Part shown: positions 18,600-27,917 of the stretch, piece after piece
Numbering within the stretch: position 1 is the first letter of the stretch
Layout of the letters: each line of letters starts with the position of its first letter
Virus record (IMG/VR): IMGVR_UViG_3300036790_000270
Coordinates: 53,212-117,211 of that record
Reading direction: 5' to 3' (one strand)
Length of the DNA stretch: 64,000 bases
From: a virus
Program-made: the position numbers and the translations under genes
The notes under the pieces: model-generated
What the model was told of the DNA's origin: nothing
Database searches by the model: none
What the model saw: the letters and a program-made list of their open reading frames with translations, nothing else

Positions 18600-19283
18600 A
18601 TGGCGCAACCTGGTTACCGGCACCGCATCCTGGTGATCGACCGCTCCGGCAGCATTGCCGACATCCTCAGCGGCCAGCAGTCAGGCATGCGGGAGTTCTT
18701 CGGCAGCGAGGCGGGAGTGCCCGGGAAGGCGACGTACTCCCTGTGGGACTTCGACCACGAGATCCGCTGCCTGCATTCCTTCGCGGCGATGGAGGAGGTG
18801 CGCGGTTACCAGATCGAGCCGCGCGGCACTACCGCGATGTACGACGCGATCGGCCTGGCCGTAGCGGCGGAGCGCGCCCGGATCGCCGGCATGGAAAAGG
18901 GCGCGCAGCCGGAGGACGTCACCGTCATCGTGTCTAGTGACGGCCTTAACAACGTCTCGGACCAGCTGCACAACGCCACGCGGCTCAACGCGCTGCTCGC
19001 GGCCGTGCAGGCGGGCGGCGGCGCCCGGTGGAACCCGTGGCGCGTCCTCTACATGGGCTGCAACCAGGACGCCATTAAGGAGGGCGGCTACATCGGCACC
19101 CGTTACGGGATGACGGTGAACACGGTGTCCACTGACGACGGCCAGCGTAACGCCTGGAAGATGTCCGCGGACTACCTCCGGCGCGCTCCTGTCGCGGCAG
19201 CCGCGGCCGGGGGCTACGAGGTCACCCCGGAGGAGCGGTCGCTCGGGGAATCCGCCGAAACTAATGACGCGCCAGCCGGGTAG
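18600..19283 (+). CDS. vWA-domain protein
   Basis: 'ILVIDRSGSI', 'PRGTTAMYDAIG', 'VIVSSDGLNN', 'LYMGCNQDA'. Confidence 0.85.
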   Translation: MAQPGYRHRILVIDRSGSIADILSGQQSGMREFFGSEAGVPGKATYSLWDFDHEIRCLHSFAAMEEVRGYQIEPRGTTAMYDAIGLAVAAERARIAGMEKGAQPEDVTVIVSSDGLNNVSDQLHNATRLNALLAAVQAGGGARWNPWRVLYMGCNQDAIKEGGYIGTRYGMTVNTVSTDDGQRNAWKMSADYLRRAPVAAAAAGGYEVTPEERSLGESAETNDAPAG

Positions 19284-19545
19284 CTGCTAGGTTCACCCCA
19301 CGGAGCACCTGAACCAACGCCGCCGGGAACCTGCAGAACCCGGCGGCTGGCAGGTCAGGCAAAAGCTCCGGGCAGGAGGCAGATCCCCAGCGTCTTCGCA
19401 GGACGCCAGGGCCGTTAGTCCTCCAGGGCCAGGAACAGTAGGGGGTACCGCCCGACCTCAAGGACGGTACCCCCGCCAAGGAACAGTGACAGTACCCAGT
19501 TTCAGTGACCTTTTAGTGATCATGGCAAGGGACAGTGACAGTTCA

Positions 19546-20757
19546 GTGACTTATCCTCAGGCGCCTTACCCGCAGCAGCCGGGGTACCCAGCACCGCAGC
19601 CGAATTACGCTCCCGCGACGCAGGGGTACCCCGCTGCCGCACCGCAGTACGCACCTCCTGCGCCTCCGCCCGGCTACCCCGCGCAGCAGGGATACGCGCC
19701 GCCACCCCAGCCTGGCTACGCCATGCAGCCGTACGCCCCGCCGCAGCAGGGATACGCGCCGCCACCCGAGCAGCCGACTGCCCCGCCGCCCCCGCGCGGG
19801 ACGGTCAAGGACTTCTGGGAGCAGCCTGCTACCGGCGGCGGCCCCTCACTCAGCTTCCCGGTGGCCGGCACCGAGTACACCGGCGTCGTCATCCGGGACG
19901 TTACCGACGCGGACACTGAGATCCAGACGGACATGCGCACCGGTGAGTTGCGCAAGCACCCGGACGGCCGCTACAAGCGGCACATGAAGATCCCGCTGGC
20001 GATCCCGCCGTCCCCGCAGTACCCGGAGGGCATCGGCGTCTGGTACGTCAAGGGCAACGACCAGACCGAGCTGGTGCGCGCCATGACCATGGCCGGCTGT
20101 GACGTCGACCCGGATACCAGCAGCCTGTACCCGCCGCGGGCCGGCGACGTCATCCACGTCAAGTTCACCCATGAGCGGGCAGGCCGCGCCGGGTCAGGCA
20201 TGAACCCGACCAAGATCAAGCAGGTTAGCTACAGCAAGGGCAACGGGCAGCCGCCACAGATGGCATCGCCCATGGTGCAGGGCCAGGTTGTCGGCTCGCA
20301 GTACCAGCCGCAGCCTCAGTACCAGCAGCCTATTCAGCCGCAGCCTCAGTTCCAGCAGCCTATTCAGCCGCAGCCTCAGTTCCAGCAGCCGCAGAACGGG
20401 TACGCCCAGCAACCTGATCCCGCGCAGGCTTACCAGCAGGCGACCGGGCAGCCGATGCAGCCTTACGCGGGCAACGGCCAGTACGCAGCCAGCCCGCAAG
20501 TGCAGATGGCCCAGCCTGCCCCTGCTCAGCAGCCGCAGTACCCGCAGCAGTTCCCTACGCCTGCACCGCCTGCCCCGGGCGCGCCGCCTTCGGGTCCTGT
20601 GCCGCCCTCGGCTGCGCCGTCCCCTTCTAACGGGCAGCCGACTGCGCCGGACGGATCAGCATGGCCTGCTGACGTGCCGTTCATCGCTGGCCTGACGCCG
20701 GCCCAGGCACAGATGGCCGCGGCCATGCACCTGAACCAGCAGGCACCCCAGCAGTAA
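19546..20757 (+). CDS. Single-stranded DNA-binding protein with long Pro/Gln-rich tails (start may be 19486-19546)
   Basis: Core 'GPSLSFPVAGTEYTGVV...QTDMRTGE...DGRYK' resembles actinophage SSBs; near the Cas4-like exonuclease. Confidence 0.65.
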   Translation: MTYPQAPYPQQPGYPAPQPNYAPATQGYPAAAPQYAPPAPPPGYPAQQGYAPPPQPGYAMQPYAPPQQGYAPPPEQPTAPPPPRGTVKDFWEQPATGGGPSLSFPVAGTEYTGVVIRDVTDADTEIQTDMRTGELRKHPDGRYKRHMKIPLAIPPSPQYPEGIGVWYVKGNDQTELVRAMTMAGCDVDPDTSSLYPPRAGDVIHVKFTHERAGRAGSGMNPTKIKQVSYSKGNGQPPQMASPMVQGQVVGSQYQPQPQYQQPIQPQPQFQQPIQPQPQFQQPQNGYAQQPDPAQAYQQATGQPMQPYAGNGQYAASPQVQMAQPAPAQQPQYPQQFPTPAPPAPGAPPSGPVPPSAAPSPSNGQPTAPDGSAWPADVPFIAGLTPAQAQMAAAMHLNQQAPQQ

Positions 20758-20766
20758 AGCCAGCGG

Positions 20767-20802
20767 GGCCACAGAAGCAACGAGACCCACAGTGCTAGCG
20801 CC
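20767..20802 (+). repeat. Solo TIGR-like unit (+ orientation)
   Basis: GGCCA-CAGAAGCAA-CGAGACCCA-CAGTGCTAG-CGCC. Confidence 0.85.
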
Positions 20803-20915
20803 CCGGTTAGGTATCGAACTGGTAACAGGAGCAGCAGGCAGCATCAGGAGCAATAGACTCGCTGCTTGTTGTCCCTGTTACCGGCCATGTCCCCTATCAC
20901 AGGAGATCCTTATTC

Positions 20916-22232
20916 ATGTTCCGTAAGCTCATGATCGTAGCCGCGCCAGTCGCGGTGACCGCCCTGATCCTCGGGGGCGCAGCTGCCTCCGCGGACGCGA
21001 GCGTCGGCCCGATCCAGTACACGCCCACCGGGGCGGACTCGATCAGCGGCTACTACGCGCACGCACTGAACGACAGCGTTGACTTCACGCACATCACCAG
21101 CTACGCCGGCAGTGACGGCAGCCACACGATTGAGCAGCTTCCCGTCACCAGCATTTCCGGCGGCAAGCTAACGGGCGTCATCGGCGGCGCGGCGGGCATC
21201 GGGCTGTGCAACCAGGGCACTGGCGCCGCGGCCCAGGTCGGCCTTGTCTACGCGGGCTCCGGCACCGTTGACGTCGTTTACGGGACTGGCAACTTCTCGG
21301 CTGGCAACAACGGTGACCTCTGCCAGGGCGGCATCGTCAACCCGAGCGGCCTGAACGGCACCCCGACTACGGTGAAGCCGAACCCCACCGCTGAGACGAC
21401 CAGCTTCTCGTACACGCCGAGCTCGGACGTACTGGTGGTCACGCCCGGCGATGTTGTCCCGCCGACCGGGACGCCCGTTAACTTCACGCTCCCCGGCACG
21501 CTGACCGGCGCTGCCCTCACTGCCGCGCAGAATGCCCTGACGGCCCTTGGGCTCACCCCGGCGGCCGGCGGCGTCTACACCCTGTACGTCGTGCACACCA
21601 CCGCGACGACGTTTGAGGTGTCCAGCAACAAGGGCGCAGTGCCGCTGACCGTGCCGGCCGCCTCTGCCGGGGTGATGGCCGGAACCGCGTCGGTTACCTG
21701 GTCGAAGCCCGGCTTCACGATCGTGCCCGGCGGTAACCTGGACGACTCGTTCGGCGTGCTGGCCACCGGCATCCCGGACAACAACACGGTGTCCCTCGAT
21801 GTCCTTTACGACGCGGCGCACAGCTACACGTTCAAGGGCAAGGTCCACGCGGCTGGCACCATCACGTTCTCGGCGACCAACCTGGGCGCCCCCGGCGTGA
21901 CCTACCAGGCGGGCGTGTCCGCTCCCGGCCGGTCGTTCAACGAGGCTGACACCGGGGTCATCGCCGACACCAACTCGATTACCGCGCTGACCGGGACGGC
22001 CCCGCTGCCGGACGGCAACGCCAACCTCCTGGAGCGGTTCGCGCACGTCACCCTGGCGGGCAACCCGGTGGGCGGCGGCGCGGCGGTTGAGGGGTCGCTG
22101 CAGGACAACGCCAACTGGACGGCGTTCCCGGTGGCCTCCGCTAACGGCGGCGTGCTCTACCTCGCGCCGTCGGTGTTCCTCAACGACCACTTCTCCGAGC
22201 TGGTCGGGGCGCCGGTCGCCAACGCAGGGTAG
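20916..22232 (+). CDS. Secreted/surface protein with signal peptide
   Basis: 'MFRKLMIVAAPVAVTALILGGAAASADA' Sec signal; AGGAG RBS; Thr/Gly/Ala-rich. Confidence 0.75.
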   Translation: MFRKLMIVAAPVAVTALILGGAAASADASVGPIQYTPTGADSISGYYAHALNDSVDFTHITSYAGSDGSHTIEQLPVTSISGGKLTGVIGGAAGIGLCNQGTGAAAQVGLVYAGSGTVDVVYGTGNFSAGNNGDLCQGGIVNPSGLNGTPTTVKPNPTAETTSFSYTPSSDVLVVTPGDVVPPTGTPVNFTLPGTLTGAALTAAQNALTALGLTPAAGGVYTLYVVHTTATTFEVSSNKGAVPLTVPAASAGVMAGTASVTWSKPGFTIVPGGNLDDSFGVLATGIPDNNTVSLDVLYDAAHSYTFKGKVHAAGTITFSATNLGAPGVTYQAGVSAPGRSFNEADTGVIADTNSITALTGTAPLPDGNANLLERFAHVTLAGNPVGGGAAVEGSLQDNANWTAFPVASANGGVLYLAPSVFLNDHFSELVGAPVANAG

Positions 22233-22260
22233 CAGTCGCCCCGGAAACACAGCGGAATAG

Positions 22261-22302
22261 AGCGACCGTGTCAGGAGTTGCACCTGGCACGGTCGCTTTT
22301 TT
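22261..22302 (+). terminator. Intrinsic terminator
   Basis: AGCGACCGTGTCAGG-loop-CCTGGCACGGTCGCT stem followed by a T run. Confidence 0.75.
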
Positions 22303-23495
22303 GTGGCCACATAACAACGGAGACCTGCGTGAATGATGCAGAAGCGCTAACCTACCGGCGCTGGGCGCGAGATACCTGCGTCCGCAATATCAGTACCCAG
22401 CCAATGGAAGCACTAGACACCACACGCGATATCCCGCGCATCGTCGCACTGGTGCCCGCGCACAACGAGCAAAAGTCACTAGCCGGAACTCTCGCGTGCC
22501 TGCAACGGCAGAGCATCCGGCCTGACCGCGTGATCGTCATATGCGACAACTGCACGGATAATACCGAGGCGGTCGCTGCCAGCCAGGGTGCGGACGTCTA
22601 CCTGACCCGTGAGAACACGTTCATGAAGGCGGGGGCACTCAATCAGGCGCTTGAATGGCTGGCGCCTTTCGCTGACGACCGGGATGTTGTCGTCATAATC
22701 GATGCCGACACTTACGTTACGGAGAACTTCACCACCGAAGCGGTCGCCAGGTTCACAGCTGACCGGCGCTTCGGCGGCCTCTCCGGTGTCTACGACGGGA
22801 AGCGGGGCAGCGGGTTCGTCGGCTGGTGTCAGCGGAACGAGTTCGCGCGCTGGGGGTTTGACGCGCGGCAGCAGAACGGTAAGGCAATCTGCCTGTCAGG
22901 AGCTGCTTCTGCGTTCACGGTGGGCGCGCTCCGGGCGGTTAAGGCCGCGCGTGTTTCCGGGGAGCTAGGCGGCGGGAGCAGTTTCTACGCCACTGACAAC
23001 TTCACCGAGGACTTCGAGCTCACCCAGGCACTGCTGCACTGCGGTTACCACATCCAGAACATGATGAACGTGACTATCACCACGGCTATCAAGCCGACCT
23101 GGGGCACGCTGCACATTCAGCGCCTGCGGTGGAACCGTGGCATCACCGAGACGCTCCTGGCGTACGGGCTAACTAGGCATACCCGCCTGATGTGGACGAA
23201 ATGGTGCATTTACGTCGCCTCGGTCGTCTCCATTCCGCTGTCGTTCTTCCTGATCAGCTACCGGCTTTCCTCCGGCGAGGGCTGGCACATGAACGACTGG
23301 ATGGTGCTGTGGCTAGGTGTCACCGGCGTTATCTCGCTTTACAAGTCGGTAACCGTCATCCGTACCAGGGGTGCTGCCTCAGCTCTCGTAGCAGCCGTAC
23401 TGCTACCCGAGATCCTCTATGACAGCTTCCTGCACCTTACGTTCCTGCGCTCACTTGCTCAGGTAATCCAGGGCGCTAATAAGTCCTGGCGATAG
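22278..23495 (+). CDS. Membrane GT2 polysaccharide synthase (IcaA/PgaC/NodC-like); true start probably 22330-22404
   Basis: 'ALVPAHNE', 'CDNCTD', 'KAGALN', 'IDADT', 'TEDFELT', 'QRLRW' (QxxRW) and C-terminal TMs. Confidence 0.9.
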   Translation: MHLARSLFCGHITTETCVNDAEALTYRRWARDTCVRNISTQPMEALDTTRDIPRIVALVPAHNEQKSLAGTLACLQRQSIRPDRVIVICDNCTDNTEAVAASQGADVYLTRENTFMKAGALNQALEWLAPFADDRDVVVIIDADTYVTENFTTEAVARFTADRRFGGLSGVYDGKRGSGFVGWCQRNEFARWGFDARQQNGKAICLSGAASAFTVGALRAVKAARVSGELGGGSSFYATDNFTEDFELTQALLHCGYHIQNMMNVTITTAIKPTWGTLHIQRLRWNRGITETLLAYGLTRHTRLMWTKWCIYVASVVSIPLSFFLISYRLSSGEGWHMNDWMVLWLGVTGVISLYKSVTVIRTRGAASALVAAVLLPEILYDSFLHLTFLRSLAQVIQGANKSWR

Positions 23496-23598
23496 CAGCC
23501 AAAAACACCGAGAGAGAAGAGCAGTAAATGCATGTCATGATCGACATCATCGGGGTCATCGTCGTGACAACGGCGGTGAGCACCTCGCTCATGGCCTT

Positions 23599-24534
23599 GT
23601 GGAGCCTAGCTCCCCGGCTGAGCCGTATCCTGCGGGCGGCGCAATGACACTGCGCAGCGTCATCGCGATCGCGGTTGGGGCCGTCTTCGTCATAGCCGGG
23701 GGCGGCGCTTACGCCGGGGAAGCTACCCGGACTGCCGCCAGCACAGCAGCGCCTTCCCTGCACAACTTGACGGTCGCAGTACCCGCCGCCGCCCCGCTCA
23801 GCGAGGCCCGCGTAACCGGAAATGTTGTCTTCACCTTCGACGACGGCCCGGACGCCTACACCCAGGCCCTGCTCACCGAGCTGCAGCGGCTGCACGTGCC
23901 GGCCGTGTTCTTCGTCTTCGGGTGGAAGGCCGAAGCGTACCCGGCCCTGATCCGCGAGGAGCTGGCCGACGGCGACCTGATCGAGAACCACACGTGGGAT
24001 CACCTCAGCTTCACCGGTGCCTCAACGGATACGCCGCCGCTTGCGCCAGCGAAAATACGCGCGGAGCTTTCCGTGACACAGCAGGCCCTGACCAGCCTGG
24101 GCGTGCCCGCGCCCCAGTACTACCGGCCGCCGTTCGGGGACGTGACACCGCAGGATAACGCCATCGCGGTCTCACTCGGTCTGAAGATAATCCAGCCGTT
24201 CGCCGTCACCAGCAACGGCAACGTTACCGACAGCCGGGACTGGACCGGGATCAGCGCCGCGCAGATCGTCAAGGACGTGACGCACGGCTACACCATCACC
24301 CAGAACGGGAAAACAGCCTACCGGGCCGGGATCAGCGCGGGCTCGGTCATCGGGTTCCACGACTCCTCCGTCGGTGACTGCGTAACTACCGACCCAACGT
24401 GCGCTGACGTTAAGCAGACAATCCTGTCCCTGCCCGGGATCGTCGCCTGGATGAACGCGCACCACCTCGGGGCAACTGTCCGACTGGCCGGTGCTATGAC
24501 TGGGGGGATGAACCTCGCTGTCCCCGCTTCGTAG
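23599..24534 (+). CDS. Polysaccharide deacetylase (NodB/CE4); start may be 23644
   Basis: 'VFTFDDGP', 'ENHTWDH', 'YRPPFG', 'IGFHD'; signal/TM segment. Confidence 0.9.
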   Translation: MEPSSPAEPYPAGGAMTLRSVIAIAVGAVFVIAGGGAYAGEATRTAASTAAPSLHNLTVAVPAAAPLSEARVTGNVVFTFDDGPDAYTQALLTELQRLHVPAVFFVFGWKAEAYPALIREELADGDLIENHTWDHLSFTGASTDTPPLAPAKIRAELSVTQQALTSLGVPAPQYYRPPFGDVTPQDNAIAVSLGLKIIQPFAVTSNGNVTDSRDWTGISAAQIVKDVTHGYTITQNGKTAYRAGISAGSVIGFHDSSVGDCVTTDPTCADVKQTILSLPGIVAWMNAHHLGATVRLAGAMTGGMNLAVPAS

Positions 24535-24538
24535 TTCC

Positions 24539-25357
24539 TTGTCGCGCCGTCAGGTGATCACGGTCGCACTGGCGGCGCTACTCAGTTACAAAGCAGAGGA
24601 GTACCTTATGCCGCACCATCCTGTTCACCCGCAACCGGTCGTTACCCCGGTGCCGCTGCCGTCGTCGGGTAAGTTCGCGTTTAACGATGACTTCGACGGG
24701 GCAGCCGGGACACCCCCGAACCAGGCTAACTGGGCCTATGACGTAGGGCCCGGGTCAGTGGTCGGCGGCAACAACGAAACGGAAACGTACACGGACTCAA
24801 CGCAGAACGCGTACCAGGACGGGGAGTCGCACCTTGTCATCGCCGTTACCGCCGCGGCAGCCGGCGGCACCAACAGCGCCCGGATCAAGACGATGGGCAA
24901 ATTCACCCAGCAGTACGGGTCCTGGCAGGCATCGATCGCCGTTGACAACACGCCGGGCTGCTGGCCGGCATTCTGGTTTCTTGGCGCCCGCGGAGACTGG
25001 CCCGCATGCGGTGAGGCCGACGTCATGGAGAACTACGGGTCGGGCTTCACGGAAGGAACCGTCTGGAACACGCGTGCCTCCAAGAGCACGGTCGGACGCG
25101 CACTGACAGCCGTGGACCAGGACTTCCACACCTACCAGATGGACTCCTCGCCCAGTGGGATCAATTACTTCGTGGACGGGGTAGCCTACGTTCAGGCCAC
25201 GCCAGACGCAGTCAGCCCGTGGCCGTTCAGCGACAACGGCGGCGTGTACGCTATCCTCAACATCGCGGTCAACGGAACGGGGACTGGTGGCATAAAGCCC
25301 GCGGCCTCCGCCCTTCCGGTTCTCATGAAGGTTGACTTCGTGCGCGCCTGGAGCTGA
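24539..25357 (+). CDS. Glycoside hydrolase family 16
   Basis: 'FNDDFDG', 'WPAFWFLG', 'WPACGEADVMEN' (ExDxxE), 'MKVDFVRAW'. Confidence 0.9.
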   Translation: MSRRQVITVALAALLSYKAEEYLMPHHPVHPQPVVTPVPLPSSGKFAFNDDFDGAAGTPPNQANWAYDVGPGSVVGGNNETETYTDSTQNAYQDGESHLVIAVTAAAAGGTNSARIKTMGKFTQQYGSWQASIAVDNTPGCWPAFWFLGARGDWPACGEADVMENYGSGFTEGTVWNTRASKSTVGRALTAVDQDFHTYQMDSSPSGINYFVDGVAYVQATPDAVSPWPFSDNGGVYAILNIAVNGTGTGGIKPAASALPVLMKVDFVRAWS

Positions 25358-25377
25358 CCGTATTTTCAGGTTAGCGA

Positions 25378-25413
25378 GGCCAAATTGGTGACGAGACCCA
25401 TCGACCACACGCT
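25378..25413 (+). repeat. Solo TIGR-like unit (+ orientation)
   Basis: GGCCA-AATTGGTGA-CGAGACCCA-TCGACCACA-CGCT. Confidence 0.8.
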
Positions 25414-25579
25414 CTGCTAACCGGAGCCCCGGGCTGCATACGGGATGTTGCCGCCTGCCAAGTAGGTTCCAGCGGTACCCCGGCTGTGTGCAGCGGTGAA
25501 AGTCCGTGCCAGCCCGGAATACGACGGCCGCTCCTGTAGCTGATACAGGGGCGGCCGTCGGCGTCTGCCCGGGAGGCAG

Positions 25580-25841
25580 CATGGACATCGAGAACTTCGC
25601 GTGGATGGCGCTGTACCAGCCGGACCAGATCGGCTACGCGGAAACAACAGGCATACCGGAGGCCAGCATGCGCAGGCGCGCAACGGTCAGCCCGGCCGAG
25701 CAGGATGCGTTCGGCTCGTGGGGGCGCCGCTTCATGTGCTATATCCAGCGGGCGGGGACAAGAAGCTCAATCAAGAATGGCGCGATAAGGCGGGAACGCC
25801 GTGAGGCTAAGGCCCGCATCCGCCGCGGTGAGGACAATTAG
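25580..25841 (+). CDS. Hypothetical protein
   Basis: GGAGG RBS before ATG near 25581; basic C-terminus. Confidence 0.55.
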
Positions 25842-25850
25842 GAGGAAAGC

Positions 25851-26738
25851 ATGAGTGACAACCTGCCCCCGCACGTCAGGTCAGGTAACAAGGGGCAGTC
25901 CTATGAGGAGCGGTTCCCGCGCTACGCCGCTAACGCCGACCGGGAGACCGCGCTGCTAGACCTGGCGGCCGGTAGCTGGAAGCGGTCAGCGGACTTTTAC
26001 AAGAAGGCGGCGCGCAATTCCCTGCTGCACCATGACGAGGCCGCCGCGGGTTTTTACGAGGAGATGGCCGAGGCAGCCCTGGATGCCACCGCGGCCCTCC
26101 GCGACGCGATGCGGGCTGCACAGCGGGTAGCCGAGCACTACCGGTCAGCTATGCGTCCAGGGGCGCCAGGCGAACACGACCTCGGCGGTGAGGCAGGCGA
26201 GGCCCGCGTAGGCGAGCGGCGCCGCGTGCGGGTTGCCGTTCCACCCGATGACCGCCGCGACGATGAACAGGATGAAGGCGAAGATGCCGAACATGCCCGC
26301 TTACCTACCCGGAAAGGAGCGCCGGATGCCGGAAATCATCGACCAGCAGTGGTTGCGCACCCTGGACGAGGCCGTTGCCCTGGAGAACTCGCTGTCCGGG
26401 GCCGCCAAGTACCAGAACCTGGTGATCGGGCACAAGCCGTTCGGCGGCGGTTACCTGGTGACCGTGGAGACGCAGGAGTGAGCAAGGCTGCCAGGCTGCG
26501 TAAGTGCCGCTGCGGGGACGGCTGCCCGCTGTCGGCGGCGTGCGAGGACGAAGCCACGCAGGAGGACCTGCTGTGCGACTACTGCCGGGCCGCCCGGGAC
26601 GGGACCGGGGCCGAGGAAGGGCCGCTGCACTGCCATGAGTGCCGCAATGACGGAGAGGAAGCAGAAGAGATGTCCCCTGATGAACTGTCCGCGTTCACCC
26701 GGATACTGCGCCGGGCACTGAGAGGGCCGTCCCGGTGA
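25851..26738 (+). CDS. Hypothetical ORF, probably a read-through of several small genes (N-terminal helical protein; C-terminal Cys-rich protein from 26478)
   Basis: GGAGG RBS at the start; internal GGAG-GTG at 26478 begins 'SKAARLRKCRC...TQEDLLCDYCR'. Confidence 0.45.
   Translation: MSDNLPPHVRSGNKGQSYEERFPRYAANADRETALLDLAAGSWKRSADFYKKAARNSLLHHDEAAAGFYEEMAEAALDATAALRDAMRAAQRVAEHYRSAMRPGAPGEHDLGGEAGEARVGERRRVRVAVPPDDRRDDEQDEGEDAEHARLPTRKGAPDAGNHRPAVVAHPGRGRCPGELAVRGRQVPEPGDRAQAVRRRLPGDRGDAGVSKAARLRKCRCGDGCPLSAACEDEATQEDLLCDYCRAARDGTGAEEGPLHCHECRNDGEEAEEMSPDELSAFTRILRRALRGPSR
26145..26294 (-). CDS. 49-aa two-TM membrane peptide (not in the ORF track)
   Basis: Hand translation MFGIFAFILFIVAAVIGWNGNPHAAPLAYAGLACLTAEVVFAWRPWTHS; high GC3. 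Confidence 0.55.
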   Translation of the reverse strand: MFGIFAFILFIVAAVIGWNGNPHAAPLAYAGLACLTAEVVFAWRPWTHS

Positions 26739-27184
26739 AGTACCGCAAGCTGAGCATCAAGGCGGTCATCGCCGTCGAGGACGACGCCGATGACGGCGAG
26801 GCGCAGGGACGCGCCTACCTTGAGGTGATGCTGCTGCTGAAGACGATGGCGACCCGCTCGTTCCTGCGCCGCGACCCGGCAGACCAGCTGATCGGGATGG
26901 ACTTCCCGGTGGTCTGGTTCGACAGCCGCAGCGAGGACACCCAGTGGCCGCCTGCGCCTGTTAAAGCACGCCAGGCAGCGACCGCCCCGTCGTTCGGCCG
27001 GTTCCTCAGCTGGCTGGAGGGGCGCGGCTACAGTGACCGCGACTGGAAGTACATCGGGCGCGAGCATGACCTGAGCGGCTTCCCGCCGGGAACGGAGCTG
27101 CACGTCATCGACGGGTTCCCGCACAGCCTCGAATTCAGCCGGGAAAGCCTCACGGAACTCACCGTTACCTGGGAGCTGCCGTGA
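26735..27184 (+). CDS. Hypothetical protein
   Basis: 149-aa ORF with GTGA overlap. Confidence 0.55.
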   Translation: MKYRKLSIKAVIAVEDDADDGEAQGRAYLEVMLLLKTMATRSFLRRDPADQLIGMDFPVVWFDSRSEDTQWPPAPVKARQAATAPSFGRFLSWLEGRGYSDRDWKYIGREHDLSGFPPGTELHVIDGFPHSLEFSRESLTELTVTWELP

Positions 27185-27450
27185 GCCGGCCGTCACGCGC
27201 TACTTACGCGGAAGGACTGCTGTAATGGCTTTCGGTGTTCCCCCCTGCACCTGCACGCCCGGTGAGATTATCAACGGGCACCAGACGTGGCTGATCGCCC
27301 GGGACTGCCCCGAGCACGCGGACGCGGCGTGAGCGCGCCGTCCCACCCGTGCTGTGATCACTGCGACCACCCGGACGCGGACTCGGAGGGAGCGTGGCTG
27401 CAAGTGCACGACGAGCCCTGCCCGCACGGGTGCAATGACCCGGAGGAACC

Positions 27451-27699
27451 GTGACGAGCGTATTCAACGACGTCTACCTGGTGGTCGCCTCGTTCGCGCT
27501 TCTGCTGCTCGTTACCGGGCTGCTGTGGCCGGACCGCTTCCCGAAGTACAGCCGGGTGAGCAGCGGAGACCTCGGGCCGCTGCTGATCATGACCGTCCTG
27601 TCGCTGCTACCCGGCTTTACCTGGCCCTGCCGCGAGCTGCTCCTGGGCACTACCCTCGCCCACGGCGTGGTCTTCATCCGGCAGCGGCGGCACCGGTGA
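27451..27699 (+). CDS. Small membrane protein
   Basis: GGAGG RBS; hydrophobic segments. Confidence 0.6.
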   Translation: MTSVFNDVYLVVASFALLLLVTGLLWPDRFPKYSRVSSGDLGPLLIMTVLSLLPGFTWPCRELLLGTTLAHGVVFIRQRRHR

Positions 27700-27917
27700 C
27701 CCCCGTGCAGGCGCTCGCCGGCTGCCTCTTGCTGTTCGCGGCGTACTGCACGGTGATGATCTGCCTTGCGGTCGCCGGGGTGCACGCCCCGTGGTGGGCG
27801 CAGTGACCGGGAACGAGACGACCCAGGCGGTCATCCCGCCGGAGGCACTCGGCCCGGGTGCGGAGGGCAACCTGCCCGCGTACATCATCGGGTTCAGGTA
27901 AGCGCTGAGGAGCTTAA

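Noticed and set aside
22305-22340. Possible additional solo repeat unit (GGCCA-CATAACAA-CGGAGACCTG...)
   Set aside because: Spacing and loop repeat deviate and the closing CGCC is missing; not counted.
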